Positions 23,964 to 33,821 of a stretch of 53,302 nucleotides of DNA are shown here, piece by piece (position 1 is the stretch's first letter; each line of letters starts with the position of its first letter). Location of the stretch: contig JBBDKW010000017.1 of assembly GCA_040879175.1 (NCBI GenBank), forward strand, positions 5,505 through 58,806, given 5' to 3'. The notes below the pieces were generated by a model that was given only the letters and a program-made list of their open reading frames with translations, made no database searches and was not told where the DNA came from. The DNA is from Candidatus Saccharimonadales bacterium. GTDB taxonomy: Bacteria; Patescibacteriota; Saccharimonadia; Saccharimonadales; UBA10212. The position numbers were made by a program, and so were the translations under genes.

Positions 23964-24644
23964 ATGATTCTACTCGATCGGGTAACAAAAACCTATAATC
24001 GGAGGGGGCCGGCGCTGGATCGCATATCTTTGCATGTCGAGCCCAAGGAGTTCGTGCTGATAGTCGGGCCCAGCGGTGCCGGAAAGTCTACTCTCTTTAA
24101 GCTTTTGACGCGCGAAGAGAAGCCCACATCAGGCAAGATTATCATCGGCGGCATTGATTACGACCGGCTCAAGGATAAAGACATTCCATTGTTGCGGCGT
24201 AAAATCGGCGTAGTGTTCCAGGATTTTAAGCTTCTGCTTAACAAAACTGTCGCCGAAAACGTCGCCTTCGCGCTAGAGATTGCCGGCATTCCAACCAATG
24301 AGATTAAACATACAGTACCCAAGGTATTGGATGTGGTGGGCCTGAAAGGCAAAGAAAAGAACTACCCGTTGGAATTATCTGGCGGCGAGCGCCAGCGCGT
24401 GGCCATCGCTCGAGCCATCGTTCGCCAACCCAAGATTCTGATTGCCGATGAGCCAACTGGTAACCTCGACCCCAAACATGCTTGGGATGTGATTACCGTG
24501 CTGGAAAAAATCAACCGCTTTGGCACCACCGTGCTTCTAACGACCCATAATCAGGAAATCGTTAACAAACTGCGGCGGCGTGTGGTCACAATCAATGACG
24601 GTAAAATCGTTTCTGACCGCGCCGCCGGGCAATATAAAGGCTGA
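23964..24644 (+). CDS. ftsE: Cell division ATP-binding protein FtsE
   Basis: 226 aa with Walker A GPSGAGKST, signature LSGGERQR and Walker B ILIADEPTGNLD. It lies immediately upstream of ftsX. Confidence 0.92.
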   Translation: MILLDRVTKTYNRRGPALDRISLHVEPKEFVLIVGPSGAGKSTLFKLLTREEKPTSGKIIIGGIDYDRLKDKDIPLLRRKIGVVFQDFKLLLNKTVAENVAFALEIAGIPTNEIKHTVPKVLDVVGLKGKEKNYPLELSGGERQRVAIARAIVRQPKILIADEPTGNLDPKHAWDVITVLEKINRFGTTVLLTTHNQEIVNKLRRRVVTINDGKIVSDRAAGQYKG

Positions 24645-24647
24645 TAA

Positions 24648-25592
24648 ATGAAAAACGAGCACCGATTTATAACACTGGAACGGATTGTTAAAAACGGTTT
24701 TATCTCTTTCGGCCGTAATATTTGGATTGCAATTGCTGCGATTGCCATGATGGCGATTACATTGACGATTCTGCTGTTTGCGATTGTAGCCAATGCTACC
24801 TTCAGCCATACGATTGACGATATTACTAGCCATATTGACGTCTCGGTTTATCTGAAAGACGAAGTTACCGAGCAGCAAAGAAACGATTTCATCAACCAAT
24901 TGAAGCAGATAGATAATGTCCGCGAGGTGGAATATATAAGTAAAGAGCAGGCTCTAAAAACCTACCGTGAGCAAAACGCCGAAAACAAAGATTTGCTAGC
25001 GGCAATTTCCGAGACCGATAACCCTTTGCCGGCCACCGTTGTCATTAAGCCGGTCGACACCAACCGGCTAGACAGCATTAAGAGCTATCTTGATAAGCCG
25101 GAGGTTACAGAATTGCAATCAGACCCCACCAGCTACTCCGGTGACCGTAAGGCGGCGATCGATAAAATTACCAGTGCCACGCACTTTTTCCAGCAGGCTG
25201 GCATTGTCGGGATTATCGTCTTTATCATCATTTCTATGCTGATTATCTTTAACACCATCCGAATGGCCATATTCAACCGCCGCGATGAACTGGTGATTAT
25301 GCGGCTTTTAGGCGCCACCCCCGGTTATATTAGAGGGCCGTTTGTGGTTGAGACGATGCTTTACGGCGCGGTCGCAGCGATCATTTCGCTGGTTGTCGTA
25401 TCGACACTGTTTGCCATCGCCAGCTCAACGCTTGAGGCCAGCAGCCTTGGTCTGCTCGATATCGACTATTCCAGCCAGTTTTTTAAGAACAACCTATGGC
25501 TGATTTTGACTACACAAATTGCGGTTGGTATACTCATTGGGGCCGCCTCTTCTGCCTTTGCCGCCCGGCGGTATCTCAAACTACATCGATAA
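24648..25592 (+). CDS. ftsX: Cell division permease FtsX
   Basis: 314 aa with one TM helix, a large extracytoplasmic loop and three C-terminal TM helices. It starts 3 nt after ftsE. Confidence 0.88.
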   Translation: MKNEHRFITLERIVKNGFISFGRNIWIAIAAIAMMAITLTILLFAIVANATFSHTIDDITSHIDVSVYLKDEVTEQQRNDFINQLKQIDNVREVEYISKEQALKTYREQNAENKDLLAAISETDNPLPATVVIKPVDTNRLDSIKSYLDKPEVTELQSDPTSYSGDRKAAIDKITSATHFFQQAGIVGIIVFIIISMLIIFNTIRMAIFNRRDELVIMRLLGATPGYIRGPFVVETMLYGAVAAIISLVVVSTLFAIASSTLEASSLGLLDIDYSSQFFKNNLWLILTTQIAVGILIGAASSAFAARRYLKLHR

Positions 25593-25678
25593 CAAATATT
25601 TGATAAATCAATAATTAAGCGAGAACCAACTAGTTCCCGTATCTATTGTATACGGGCAGGGAGTGTGATATTATCAAC

Positions 25679-26833
25679 ATGCTAAAGCTAAAACAAAAAT
25701 CCGACAATCTGATGACCAGACCTAAAAAAAATAAGACAATCCGTCTTAGGACGCTCGCAACAGCGCTTGTCTTGGCTATTGTAGTAACAGGCGCCAGTAT
25801 CATCAGCGGCGTGGCTGGAGCTGACAGGTTTGATGAACAGATAGATCAACTACAGAACCAGAACTCCACGTATCAGAGCAGGGTAGATGAGCTAACGGCC
25901 GAAGCCGCAAGCTACCAGGATGCTGTCAATAAGCTGGAAGCCCAAATCAATGAACTTCAGCAGGCGATAGTGGCCAACCAAAGGGCCAGCGCCCAGTTGG
26001 AAAAAGAAATCAAAGCTAAAGAAGCCGAGATCGAACACCAAAGAGATGTGCTTGGCCAAAGCATCAAAGCTATGTACCTGGAGGGTCAAATTTCGACCGT
26101 TGAAATTTTGGCCGCCAGTCGTGATCTCAGCGACTTTGTTAATAAGCAGGTTGCCAGAAACGCCGTCCAGAATAAGATAAAGACCTTAGTAGATGAGATC
26201 CAACAGCTTAAAATTGAATTGGAACAGAAGCAGCGTGAATTACAGGCCCGCATCCGTGACCAGAAACTACAGCAAGCCGACCTGAATGCCGCGCAGAATG
26301 AGCAAGCCAGATTACTGAATTACACCGAGGACCAGAAGTCGGCTTTTAATAATAAGATTAGTAGCAATCAATCGAGGATCACCGAACTTCGTCGCCAACA
26401 GGCCATTGAAAACGCCGCGCTGTTCGGTTACGGCTACATTAAAACCGAGCGTTGCAACATCTATCCTACCAGGTGGTGTAATGCACCGATGGACAGCATT
26501 GTTGATACCTGGGGAATGTACAATCGTGAATGCGTATCGTGGACCGCCTACAGAGTAGCATTATCTGGACGCTATATGCCTTATTGGGGTGGCCGCGGTA
26601 ATGCTAATGAGTGGGACGACAACGCCCGTGCCGCTGGCATACCGGTTGATGGTAATCCCAAGGCTGGTGACGTTGCAATTAGTAACAGAGGCTACTATGG
26701 ACACTCAGCTTACGTTGAGGCGGTTTACGACGACGGTACTATTTTAGTCAGTCAGTTCAACGCCAATTGGCAGGGAACATACAGCTTAGCCCGCGTTAAT
26801 ACAAGCAATTTTGTCTATATACACTTTCCTTAG
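25679..26833 (+). CDS. PcsB-like peptidoglycan hydrolase: signal anchor, long coiled coil and C-terminal CHAP domain
   Basis: The start is ambiguous (TTG 25646, ATG 25679 or ATG 25712). Heptad-rich residues run from about 60 to 260. CHAP motifs are NRECVSWTAYRV (Cys) and GHSAYVEAV (His). Confidence 0.75.
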   Translation: MLKLKQKSDNLMTRPKKNKTIRLRTLATALVLAIVVTGASIISGVAGADRFDEQIDQLQNQNSTYQSRVDELTAEAASYQDAVNKLEAQINELQQAIVANQRASAQLEKEIKAKEAEIEHQRDVLGQSIKAMYLEGQISTVEILAASRDLSDFVNKQVARNAVQNKIKTLVDEIQQLKIELEQKQRELQARIRDQKLQQADLNAAQNEQARLLNYTEDQKSAFNNKISSNQSRITELRRQQAIENAALFGYGYIKTERCNIYPTRWCNAPMDSIVDTWGMYNRECVSWTAYRVALSGRYMPYWGGRGNANEWDDNARAAGIPVDGNPKAGDVAISNRGYYGHSAYVEAVYDDGTILVSQFNANWQGTYSLARVNTSNFVYIHFP

Positions 26834-26893
26834 ATAAACCCAGAACCCTTAATCCGGGTTGGAGTATAATTTAACAAACATTAGTATTTTTAT

Positions 26894-28141
26894 TTGGAGA
26901 AGAAAGTAGTGGAGGGACAGGAGGAACGACGTTTAGAGCCGCGACCCAGGTGGGGTAAACGAATCCTCAAATCGCTTGGGGTTCTGATCTTTTCAGCTGT
27001 CATATTCACTGCGGGGGTGGCTGTTGGACGTGGCGATATCCGTATTAGCGGCCTCAGCCAAAGCCGGCAACCGCTGGCAGGAACGGCCTTTGACTACTCG
27101 TCTGTTGACCAGTTATATGATGTCCTGCAAGGCGATTTTGACGGCGACCTAAACAAGACCCAGCTGCTGGACGGTATCAAATCTGGCTTGGTAGAGGCGA
27201 CCGGCGACCCCTATACTGAGTATTTCAATCCCAAAGAGGCTAAAGAATTCAACGAGGCTTTGTCCGGTACATTTACCGGCATTGGCGCCGAGCTTGGCAC
27301 TGATGATGACAACAACATCGTGGTTGTTTCTCCGTTGAGTGGCTATCCGGCCGAGAAAGCCGGGCTGAAACCGAAAGACATAATTGCAGCCGTGGACGGC
27401 CAGTCGACCAACGGGATGCGCGTTGATGCGGTGGTTAAGATAATCCGCGGGCCGGCCGATACCAGGGTGACTTTGACGATAGTCCGTGGCAACGAACGGC
27501 CATTCGATGTAACCATCACGCGGGCCCAAATCAAAGTAGCTAGCGTCGAGTACCAGGTTGACGGCCAGATTGGTTACTTAAAAATCAGCCAATTCACTGA
27601 GGACACAGTTGACTTGACCAAAAAGGCAGCCAAAGATTTCAAATCAAGGGGCGTGAAGGGAATTGTCTTAGACCTCAGAAGTAACCCCGGCGGTTACCTC
27701 GATGGTGCGGTTGATATCGCCGGAATGTGGCTGGACAAGGGTAAGCCGGTGGTTTCAGAACGCCGAGGCGCAACTGTTTTGTCTACCAAGCGCTCGAGTG
27801 GCAGCGGTGAATTCAAAGGCTTGTCTACGGTTGTAATGATAGACAGTGGCTCGGCCAGTGCCGCCGAAATCATTGCCGGCGCCTTACATGATAGTAAATT
27901 GGCTACCATTGTCGGTCTCCAGAGTTTCGGCAAGGGTAGTGTCCAACAAGTGGTCAATCTGCCTGACGGCGCTGAACTCAAAGTCACGATTGCCCGTTGG
28001 TATACACCTTCGGGTGAAAACATCGACAAGCAGGGCATCGAACCCGACGTTAAGGTAGAGATAAGTGAAGCTGATGCTGATGCCGGGCGTGATCCGCAAA
28101 AAGACAAAGCCTACGAGATTTTGCGTAGCAAAATCTCGTAG
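26894..28141 (+). CDS. ctpA: S41 family C-terminal processing peptidase (Ctp/Prc-like) with a PDZ domain
   Basis: 415 aa with an N-terminal TM helix. PDZ block is GYPAEKAGLKPKDIIAAVDG. LDLRSNPGG and catalytic GSASAAEI are present. Confidence 0.88.
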   Translation: MEKKVVEGQEERRLEPRPRWGKRILKSLGVLIFSAVIFTAGVAVGRGDIRISGLSQSRQPLAGTAFDYSSVDQLYDVLQGDFDGDLNKTQLLDGIKSGLVEATGDPYTEYFNPKEAKEFNEALSGTFTGIGAELGTDDDNNIVVVSPLSGYPAEKAGLKPKDIIAAVDGQSTNGMRVDAVVKIIRGPADTRVTLTIVRGNERPFDVTITRAQIKVASVEYQVDGQIGYLKISQFTEDTVDLTKKAAKDFKSRGVKGIVLDLRSNPGGYLDGAVDIAGMWLDKGKPVVSERRGATVLSTKRSSGSGEFKGLSTVVMIDSGSASAAEIIAGALHDSKLATIVGLQSFGKGSVQQVVNLPDGAELKVTIARWYTPSGENIDKQGIEPDVKVEISEADADAGRDPQKDKAYEILRSKIS

Positions 28142-28199
28142 GACCTATGTCCTAAGTCCTCTTTATGCTATATTCTTAAGCAGTTAAAGGGGGCTTTTG

Positions 28200-29813
28200 G
28201 TGCCTAAAAAAAAGGCGCAGACTAAGTTTATATTTGTCACTGGCGGTGTGTTATCAGGCGTCGGCAAAGGTATTACAGCCGCCTCCATAGGCAACATCCT
28301 TAAAGCCCGCGGCCTTTCAGTAAACATCCAAAAGTGCGATCCTTATCTGAACGTCGATGCCGGCACCCTTAATCCGGCAGAACACGGCGAAGTATTTGTA
28401 ACGGCCGACGGTGCTGAGGCCGATTTGGATCTTGGCCATTATGAGCGGTTTTTGGATATGGAGCTGACATCTACCAGCAGCCTGATGTCGGGCCGGATAT
28501 TAGGCCAGGTGATTGATGATGAGCGAGCTGGCAAATACCTTGGCAAGACCGTCCAGATCATCCCGCACGTTACCAACAGCATCCAAGAAGCCATCACGGC
28601 AGCGGGTAGGGGTTTTGACGTCCATATCGTCGAAATCGGCGGCACCGTCGGCGACTACGAATCACTGGCCTTTATTGAAGCCATACGTGAAATGGGCTTA
28701 AAACTGGGGGCCGATAACTGCCTGTTCGTACATGTGGTATATATGCCTTATTTGGGCGCCAGCGGCGAGATCAAGACCAAGCCGGCGCAAAACTCAGTTC
28801 GCGAACTAAGGGGGCTGGGTATCGTGCCCGATGTCTTGGTGGCCCGCAGCGAGGTCAAGCCGCCAAAATCGGTCTTAGCTAAACTGAGCCTGTTCAGCGG
28901 AGTCAGCGCCGAGGCCATATTTCTGCTACCAAATGCACCGACTATATATCAGGTACCGTTGACTCTCGAAGAAGCCAAAATCGCCGATGTTATTGTCCGC
29001 GAACTTGGCCTGAGGATTGATCGGCCGGATATGAAAACCTGGCAAAGAGTGGTCAAAAGCGCACTGACCAAATACCGAAGAACTCTGCGCGTCGGTGTTA
29101 TTGCCAAGTATCTGGACAACCAGGACACCTATATGTCTTTAAGTGAGGCACTGTTGGCCGCCGGCTGGGCCAATGATGTAAACGTTAAAATTGTCTGGCT
29201 TGATGCTGAAGCGCTTGGTAAAGGCGAAAACTCGCACCGGCAACTCAGCGAACTCGATGGCTTAGTTGGCCTCCCCGGATTCGGCTCGCGCGGCGGCGAA
29301 GGCAAGATTTTTGTCGCTGGCTATGCCTACGAACACAAGGTTCCTTATCTCGGAATTTGCTTGGGTATGCAGATGTCGGTAATCACCCTGGCCAGAAAAG
29401 CCGGTCTGGCCAAAGCCAACTCGACCGAATTTGATAAAAACACGTCCGATCCGGTAATCAGCACCATGGCCGAACAGGTTGGCAAGGAAGAAACCGGCGG
29501 TACTATGCGCCTTGGCGACTACGAAGCTGTCTTGGCCCGCGGCACTATGGCCAGAAGGCTATACGGGCAGGAAAAAATAGTTGAGCGCCACCGCCATCGC
29601 TACGAGGTTAATAATGCCTACCGCGAGCAATTTGCAAAATGGGGGCTAACCATATCCGGCACCAGCCCTGACGGTACACTGGTTGAAATGGTTGAAGCGC
29701 CGGACCACCCTTTCTTTGTTGGAACTCAAGCCCATCCGGAATTCCGTTCGCGGCCGAACCGGCCACACCCCCTCTACACCGGATTTATTAAGGCTTGTCT
29801 TACTCGACGATAA
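28200..29813 (+). CDS. pyrG: CTP synthase
   Basis: IFVTGGVLSGVGKG, the glutamine amidotransferase motif GICLGMQ and the HRHRYEVN motif are present. The ORF track starts at TTG 28197. GTG 28200 has better spacing to the AAGGGGG SD. Confidence 0.95.
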   Translation: MPKKKAQTKFIFVTGGVLSGVGKGITAASIGNILKARGLSVNIQKCDPYLNVDAGTLNPAEHGEVFVTADGAEADLDLGHYERFLDMELTSTSSLMSGRILGQVIDDERAGKYLGKTVQIIPHVTNSIQEAITAAGRGFDVHIVEIGGTVGDYESLAFIEAIREMGLKLGADNCLFVHVVYMPYLGASGEIKTKPAQNSVRELRGLGIVPDVLVARSEVKPPKSVLAKLSLFSGVSAEAIFLLPNAPTIYQVPLTLEEAKIADVIVRELGLRIDRPDMKTWQRVVKSALTKYRRTLRVGVIAKYLDNQDTYMSLSEALLAAGWANDVNVKIVWLDAEALGKGENSHRQLSELDGLVGLPGFGSRGGEGKIFVAGYAYEHKVPYLGICLGMQMSVITLARKAGLAKANSTEFDKNTSDPVISTMAEQVGKEETGGTMRLGDYEAVLARGTMARRLYGQEKIVERHRHRYEVNNAYREQFAKWGLTISGTSPDGTLVEMVEAPDHPFFVGTQAHPEFRSRPNRPHPLYTGFIKACLTRR

Positions 29814-30072
29814 CTTCGGTACGGGGTACCGATCGCCCCGAGAAGTGTTTAACTTTTCGTTGGTTGAACTTAACCACGCCGTCTTTGGCGGCGTGAATCG
29901 TAAAATCACGAGATAGGAATGTACCGCTGCCACTGCGCTTTGTCAGTCCGACTTGCCTTACCAGCACATCGCCGTTTTTGACTTTTTGGCCACCAAACAC
30001 TTTAAGCCCGAGCCGTTGGCCGGGGCTGTCATGGATGTTTTTGGCGGTGCCGCCTGCTTTGGTCTTACTCAT
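29800..30072 (-). CDS. rpmA: 50S ribosomal protein L27
   Basis: 90 aa. KAGGTAKN..DS.GQRLG.K.FGGQ.V..G..LVRQ.G matches L27. The 3' end overlaps the pyrG 3' end by 14 nt (convergent). Confidence 0.93.
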   Translation of the reverse strand: MSKTKAGGTAKNIHDSPGQRLGLKVFGGQKVKNGDVLVRQVGLTKRSGSGTFLSRDFTIHAAKDGVVKFNQRKVKHFSGRSVPRTEVIVE

Positions 30073-31292
30073 TGCTTTCTCTCCAAGACTAACAATTGTC
30101 TGGCGACGATTTGGTCTTCGCGAAAGTAGATCAAATCGTCGTTTTGAACATGCTCGAAGCTCAAACGATTATACCCCATATCTGTTAATTTGACAATAAC
30201 CGGTAGCCGGATGAACTGTCCATTGGCTCTTTCCTGCCTGCCGGCAGGCAGGCGCCATGCCGGCAGCGCCAAGCAAAGTCTTTGGCCGGGTTTAAGTTGC
30301 GCGTGCAAATTTATTAGAAACTTTTCAACGATATCGTTGACTTCGGTGACTATTTCTTTAAGAGCAGTATCACTGGGCAGCTTAACAAGTGGGCGCCCAA
30401 GATAAACCTCACTGGCAACCACCGTAAACCGAGGCCATTTATAGACGGTCGCATCGGCTACTTCTATGGAAACGTGGCCGGATATCTCCGGATATTTCTG
30501 TACCAGCCATTGGATATTCTTTCTTGAAAAATCAGCCATCCGCTCATCAATGTCCGTGCCAATCACGTTGTAACCCATTAATAGGGCTTCCTGAAGAATA
30601 ACTCCGCTTCCACAAAAAGGATCAAGTACTCTGATTTTTGAATTTTGGTCTTTGAACTTTGCTGGCACAGCTAAATTAATAATTTGCTGTGCCAGCTTTG
30701 GCGGCAGCATTCCGACTTTGGGGTCGCGGGCCGGCCGTGCTTGGTCGCGGGCAGCGTAAGCCTCTATATCTTGGACAAACAAGGTTTGGGCCAAGATGGT
30801 ACGCGGCCCGTCAGCCACAAACAACAGCTCCCACGCGCCTTTATGGGTCAACTTATTATGTAAGACCTGGGCGCTGGAAAGGGGTAGGGTTTTGTTTGGT
30901 ACTATGCGCACCGAACGGCCGCTGGCTTTTATGACTTTCTTAATTTGAAGCATTGAGCGGTTAAGTTCCGGCACGCTGAGCTTCAAGCCATAAAGGCTCA
31001 AGCCCAAGGTGAATTTAGCTTTTGGTAAGTGGCTTAAGTGCTCCGGAATATTAACTTGCAGGTAATTTGTCAGCTGCTTCCAATCGGAGTAGGGGAGCCG
31101 CGCTAAGATCCTGGCGGTTTTTATAGTGCCGCCTAGGCTCTTGAAGTTAATTTCCTCTGCCGGAATGTCTAAAAGCGCCGCGCCGCCCAATGGCATTACA
31201 TGCTCGGCGCCGTACAGGCTCTCCAGTTCAGCCAGCCCCAACTTGGGCTGGCGTCCCAGGATACACAGACTTTTAGCCTCAAACTCACTCAT
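30069..31292 (-). CDS. Class I SAM-dependent methyltransferase (UPF0020/Trm11-like, probably RNA-directed)
   Basis: 407 aa. Motif I is VLDPFCGSGVILQEALLMGYNVIGTDID. Where (D/N)PPY is expected it reads ASEVYLG. The stop overlaps the rpmA start (ATGA). Confidence 0.6.
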   Translation of the reverse strand: MSEFEAKSLCILGRQPKLGLAELESLYGAEHVMPLGGAALLDIPAEEINFKSLGGTIKTARILARLPYSDWKQLTNYLQVNIPEHLSHLPKAKFTLGLSLYGLKLSVPELNRSMLQIKKVIKASGRSVRIVPNKTLPLSSAQVLHNKLTHKGAWELLFVADGPRTILAQTLFVQDIEAYAARDQARPARDPKVGMLPPKLAQQIINLAVPAKFKDQNSKIRVLDPFCGSGVILQEALLMGYNVIGTDIDERMADFSRKNIQWLVQKYPEISGHVSIEVADATVYKWPRFTVVASEVYLGRPLVKLPSDTALKEIVTEVNDIVEKFLINLHAQLKPGQRLCLALPAWRLPAGRQERANGQFIRLPVIVKLTDMGYNRLSFEHVQNDDLIYFREDQIVARQLLVLERKQ

Positions 31293-31324
31293 ATCTCCAT
31301 CAATTGTAATATGATATTAGATAT

Positions 31325-31397
31325 GAGAAACCCCTTCGCGGTTTCTCATCGCGCCGGGCAGCGGAATGAATCCGATTGCTCGGGCTGCTCTTCCGGA
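31325..31397 (+). repeat. Structured intergenic repeat, copy B (subtype 2)
   Basis: GAGAAACC-ccttcgc-GGTTTCTCATCGCGCCGG, then the alternative hairpin GCAGCGGAATGAATCCGATTGC, then TCGGGCTGCTCTTCCGGA. Confidence 0.75.
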
Positions 31398-31421
31398 TAA
31401 ATTAGAAAGAGAAAATCATTT

Positions 31422-32474
31422 GTGGATGACCCATTGGAACTTCGGCAGCAGTCGCGCTTAAAGATATTTTTGACCATTGGCGCGTTTATCGCGCTGGGCA
31501 TCTTGGCCTACAGCCTGCGCCGTCAGATTGGCGATGCCGTCCGCGACTTAGGCAGGGTTAATACACTGGCGTTGCTTTTGATAATCCCGCTAAAAATCAT
31601 CAACTACGATGCTTATGCACGTCTGTACCGCAACCTGTTTGCCATTGTCGGCAGCAAGGTGAATTACTGGTCGATGTACCGGCTTAGTCTGGAGCTTAAC
31701 TTCGTTAATTACATCTTGCCCAGCGCCGGTATCAGCGGCATTTCCTATTTCACGATCCGCTCGCGCTCGTTCGGTATCAGCACCGCCAAGGCTACTTTAG
31801 CGCAAATCAGTAAACTACTACTGTTGTTTGTCAGTTTTCAGCCGCTGTTGGTTCTGGGAGTTATTTTTCTAGCGCTTAGAGAACACGTTAATAATCTAGT
31901 ATTAGTTACCGCCAGCTCGCTGATTACATTGCTGATTGTCGGCACGCTGCTTGGCCTTTACGTCATTGAGAGCCGCCAGCGGATAAACAGCTTCTTGTCC
32001 TTTTTTGCCAAAATTCTTAACAAGATTATTAGGGTTGTGAGGCCAAAAGCTCAAGACGCCATTGATATCGAAATCGCCCAAGCTGCGTTTACGGAATTAC
32101 ACGAGAATTATCAGGTTTATAAAAAGAACTGGCGGGCTCTAAAATATCCGTTCCTGCACACTATGGTCGCTAACCTAACTGAGATAGCGGCACTGTACGT
32201 GGTTTATATAGCCTTTGGCGATTTTGTGAATATCGGTGCCGTGATTCTGGCATACGCCGTGGCCAACTTTGCCGGGCTGATTTCGGTGCTGCCGGCGGGT
32301 ATCGGCATATACGAAGGCTTGATGACCGGTGTATTGGTGGCCACCGGTATACCGGCCGGTTTGAGCATTTCCGTAACCATAATGTTCCGTCTTGTTACAA
32401 TGCTCATCCAGTTACCGCTGGGCTATATCCTCTACCAAAAAGCCGTACAAAGCGGCCTGACCAAAAAGCTTTAA
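31422..32474 (+). CDS. Flippase-like / lysyl-phosphatidylglycerol-synthase TM-region family (UPF0104) membrane protein
   Basis: 350 aa with a GTG start and about 8 TM helices. The overall layout resembles UPF0104. This call is from memory only. Confidence 0.5.
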   Translation: MDDPLELRQQSRLKIFLTIGAFIALGILAYSLRRQIGDAVRDLGRVNTLALLLIIPLKIINYDAYARLYRNLFAIVGSKVNYWSMYRLSLELNFVNYILPSAGISGISYFTIRSRSFGISTAKATLAQISKLLLLFVSFQPLLVLGVIFLALREHVNNLVLVTASSLITLLIVGTLLGLYVIESRQRINSFLSFFAKILNKIIRVVRPKAQDAIDIEIAQAAFTELHENYQVYKKNWRALKYPFLHTMVANLTEIAALYVVYIAFGDFVNIGAVILAYAVANFAGLISVLPAGIGIYEGLMTGVLVATGIPAGLSISVTIMFRLVTMLIQLPLGYILYQKAVQSGLTKKL

Positions 32475-32477
32475 GCT

Positions 32478-33038
32478 ATGTGGTGGATTTTCTGGGTCGT
32501 TTGGGCCATCGGTGTTTTAATGGTTCTGGCTTATGCCTTTGTGCTGCCCTTCGGCGCGCCGTTCTTACCGACCCTGAAAAAACAGAACAGTGAGGCTCTG
32601 GACTTACTTGACCTTAAAGCGGGCCAGGTGTTTGTCGATTTGGGCTGCGGTGACGGCCGACTGCTGGCGATAGCTGCTTCCAGAGGCCTCAACGCCGTCG
32701 GCTACGAGCTTAATCCTTTTTTGGCATTTTATGCCTGGCTACGGACGCGGCGCTACGGCCGTCGGGTCAAAGTTAAATGGGCTAATTTTTGGCGGGCTGA
32801 TCTATCTAACGCCGACGGCGTTTTTGTGTTTTTGATCGGCCATTTTATGCACCGGCTCGATAAACTGCTGAGCCGATATTCAAAAGACCGGCAGATAAAA
32901 CTAGTCAGCAACTCTTTTAAAATCCCGGGTAAAAAGCCGCTCCGCCAAAAAGGCGCGCTACTGCTGTATGTTTATACGGTTGAATCGGCTTCGCCGGCTC
33001 GCTCACGGCGAGCATTCAACCGGGTTTACAAACCTTAG
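32478..33038 (+). CDS. Class I SAM-dependent methyltransferase with an N-terminal TM helix
   Basis: 186 aa. Motif I is VFVDLGCGDGRLL. Confidence 0.6.
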   Translation: MWWIFWVVWAIGVLMVLAYAFVLPFGAPFLPTLKKQNSEALDLLDLKAGQVFVDLGCGDGRLLAIAASRGLNAVGYELNPFLAFYAWLRTRRYGRRVKVKWANFWRADLSNADGVFVFLIGHFMHRLDKLLSRYSKDRQIKLVSNSFKIPGKKPLRQKGALLLYVYTVESASPARSRRAFNRVYKP

Positions 33039-33061
33039 TAAGTTAACTACCATAAGCGTAA

Positions 33062-33742
33062 ATGATTAACAAAGATCAAATTGGTGGAGCGGCGTTAGTA
33101 TTACTCAACATTTTGTTAATCTTAGGGCTGGTGGCGGCCGGCGCCTTCGGTTGGTGGGCGTTCCAGGAAAGCCAGGACTACAAGAATAATTTCGATAAAA
33201 AATTGAGTGAGGAGGTAGCCAAGACCGAAGCCAGCCAGAAAGCCGAACTCGAAGCAGACTTCGCCGAGCGCGAAAAATCGCCGATCAAAACCTTCAAAGG
33301 CTCGGCAACCTATGGCTCCATAACCTTCAACTACCCCAAAACCTGGAGCGGCTACGTTGACCAAAGCAATAGCAACGAGCCCATCAACGGCTATTTCTTC
33401 CCCGATATCGTTCCGACGGTTGGTCGAAGCAGCAGCACGCCTACGGCCTTTGCCCTACGCGTCGAGCTTATCGGCACCGATTACGCCCAAACTATCAAAC
33501 AGTTCGATTCGCAAATCTCACAAGGCAAGCTCAAAGCCACAGCCTACGTCCCGCCTAAGATGGCAGGAGTAGCAAACGTTCAAACCGGCACACGATTTGA
33601 CGGCGAGATTGAGCAGGGAATAAACGGCTCGATGGTAGTCATCAAAGTCCGCGATAAAACTCTTAAAATCTACACTCAATCACAGAGTTATCTGTCAGAT
33701 TTCGACAACATTGTATTAAAAACCCTTACTTTTGCACCTTAG
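33062..33742 (+). CDS. Hypothetical membrane-anchored protein
   Basis: 226-aa ORF with an N-terminal TM helix (ALVLLNILLILGLVAAGAFGWWAF). No family recognised. Confidence 0.6.
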   Translation: MINKDQIGGAALVLLNILLILGLVAAGAFGWWAFQESQDYKNNFDKKLSEEVAKTEASQKAELEADFAEREKSPIKTFKGSATYGSITFNYPKTWSGYVDQSNSNEPINGYFFPDIVPTVGRSSSTPTAFALRVELIGTDYAQTIKQFDSQISQGKLKATAYVPPKMAGVANVQTGTRFDGEIEQGINGSMVVIKVRDKTLKIYTQSQSYLSDFDNIVLKTLTFAP

Positions 33743-33821
33743 TCCGGTATATACAACCTAGAATCCGTTCGAGCCAGAATGCTATACTTGTCTGTATTGT
33801 TAATTGGGCCAATCTGAGGGT

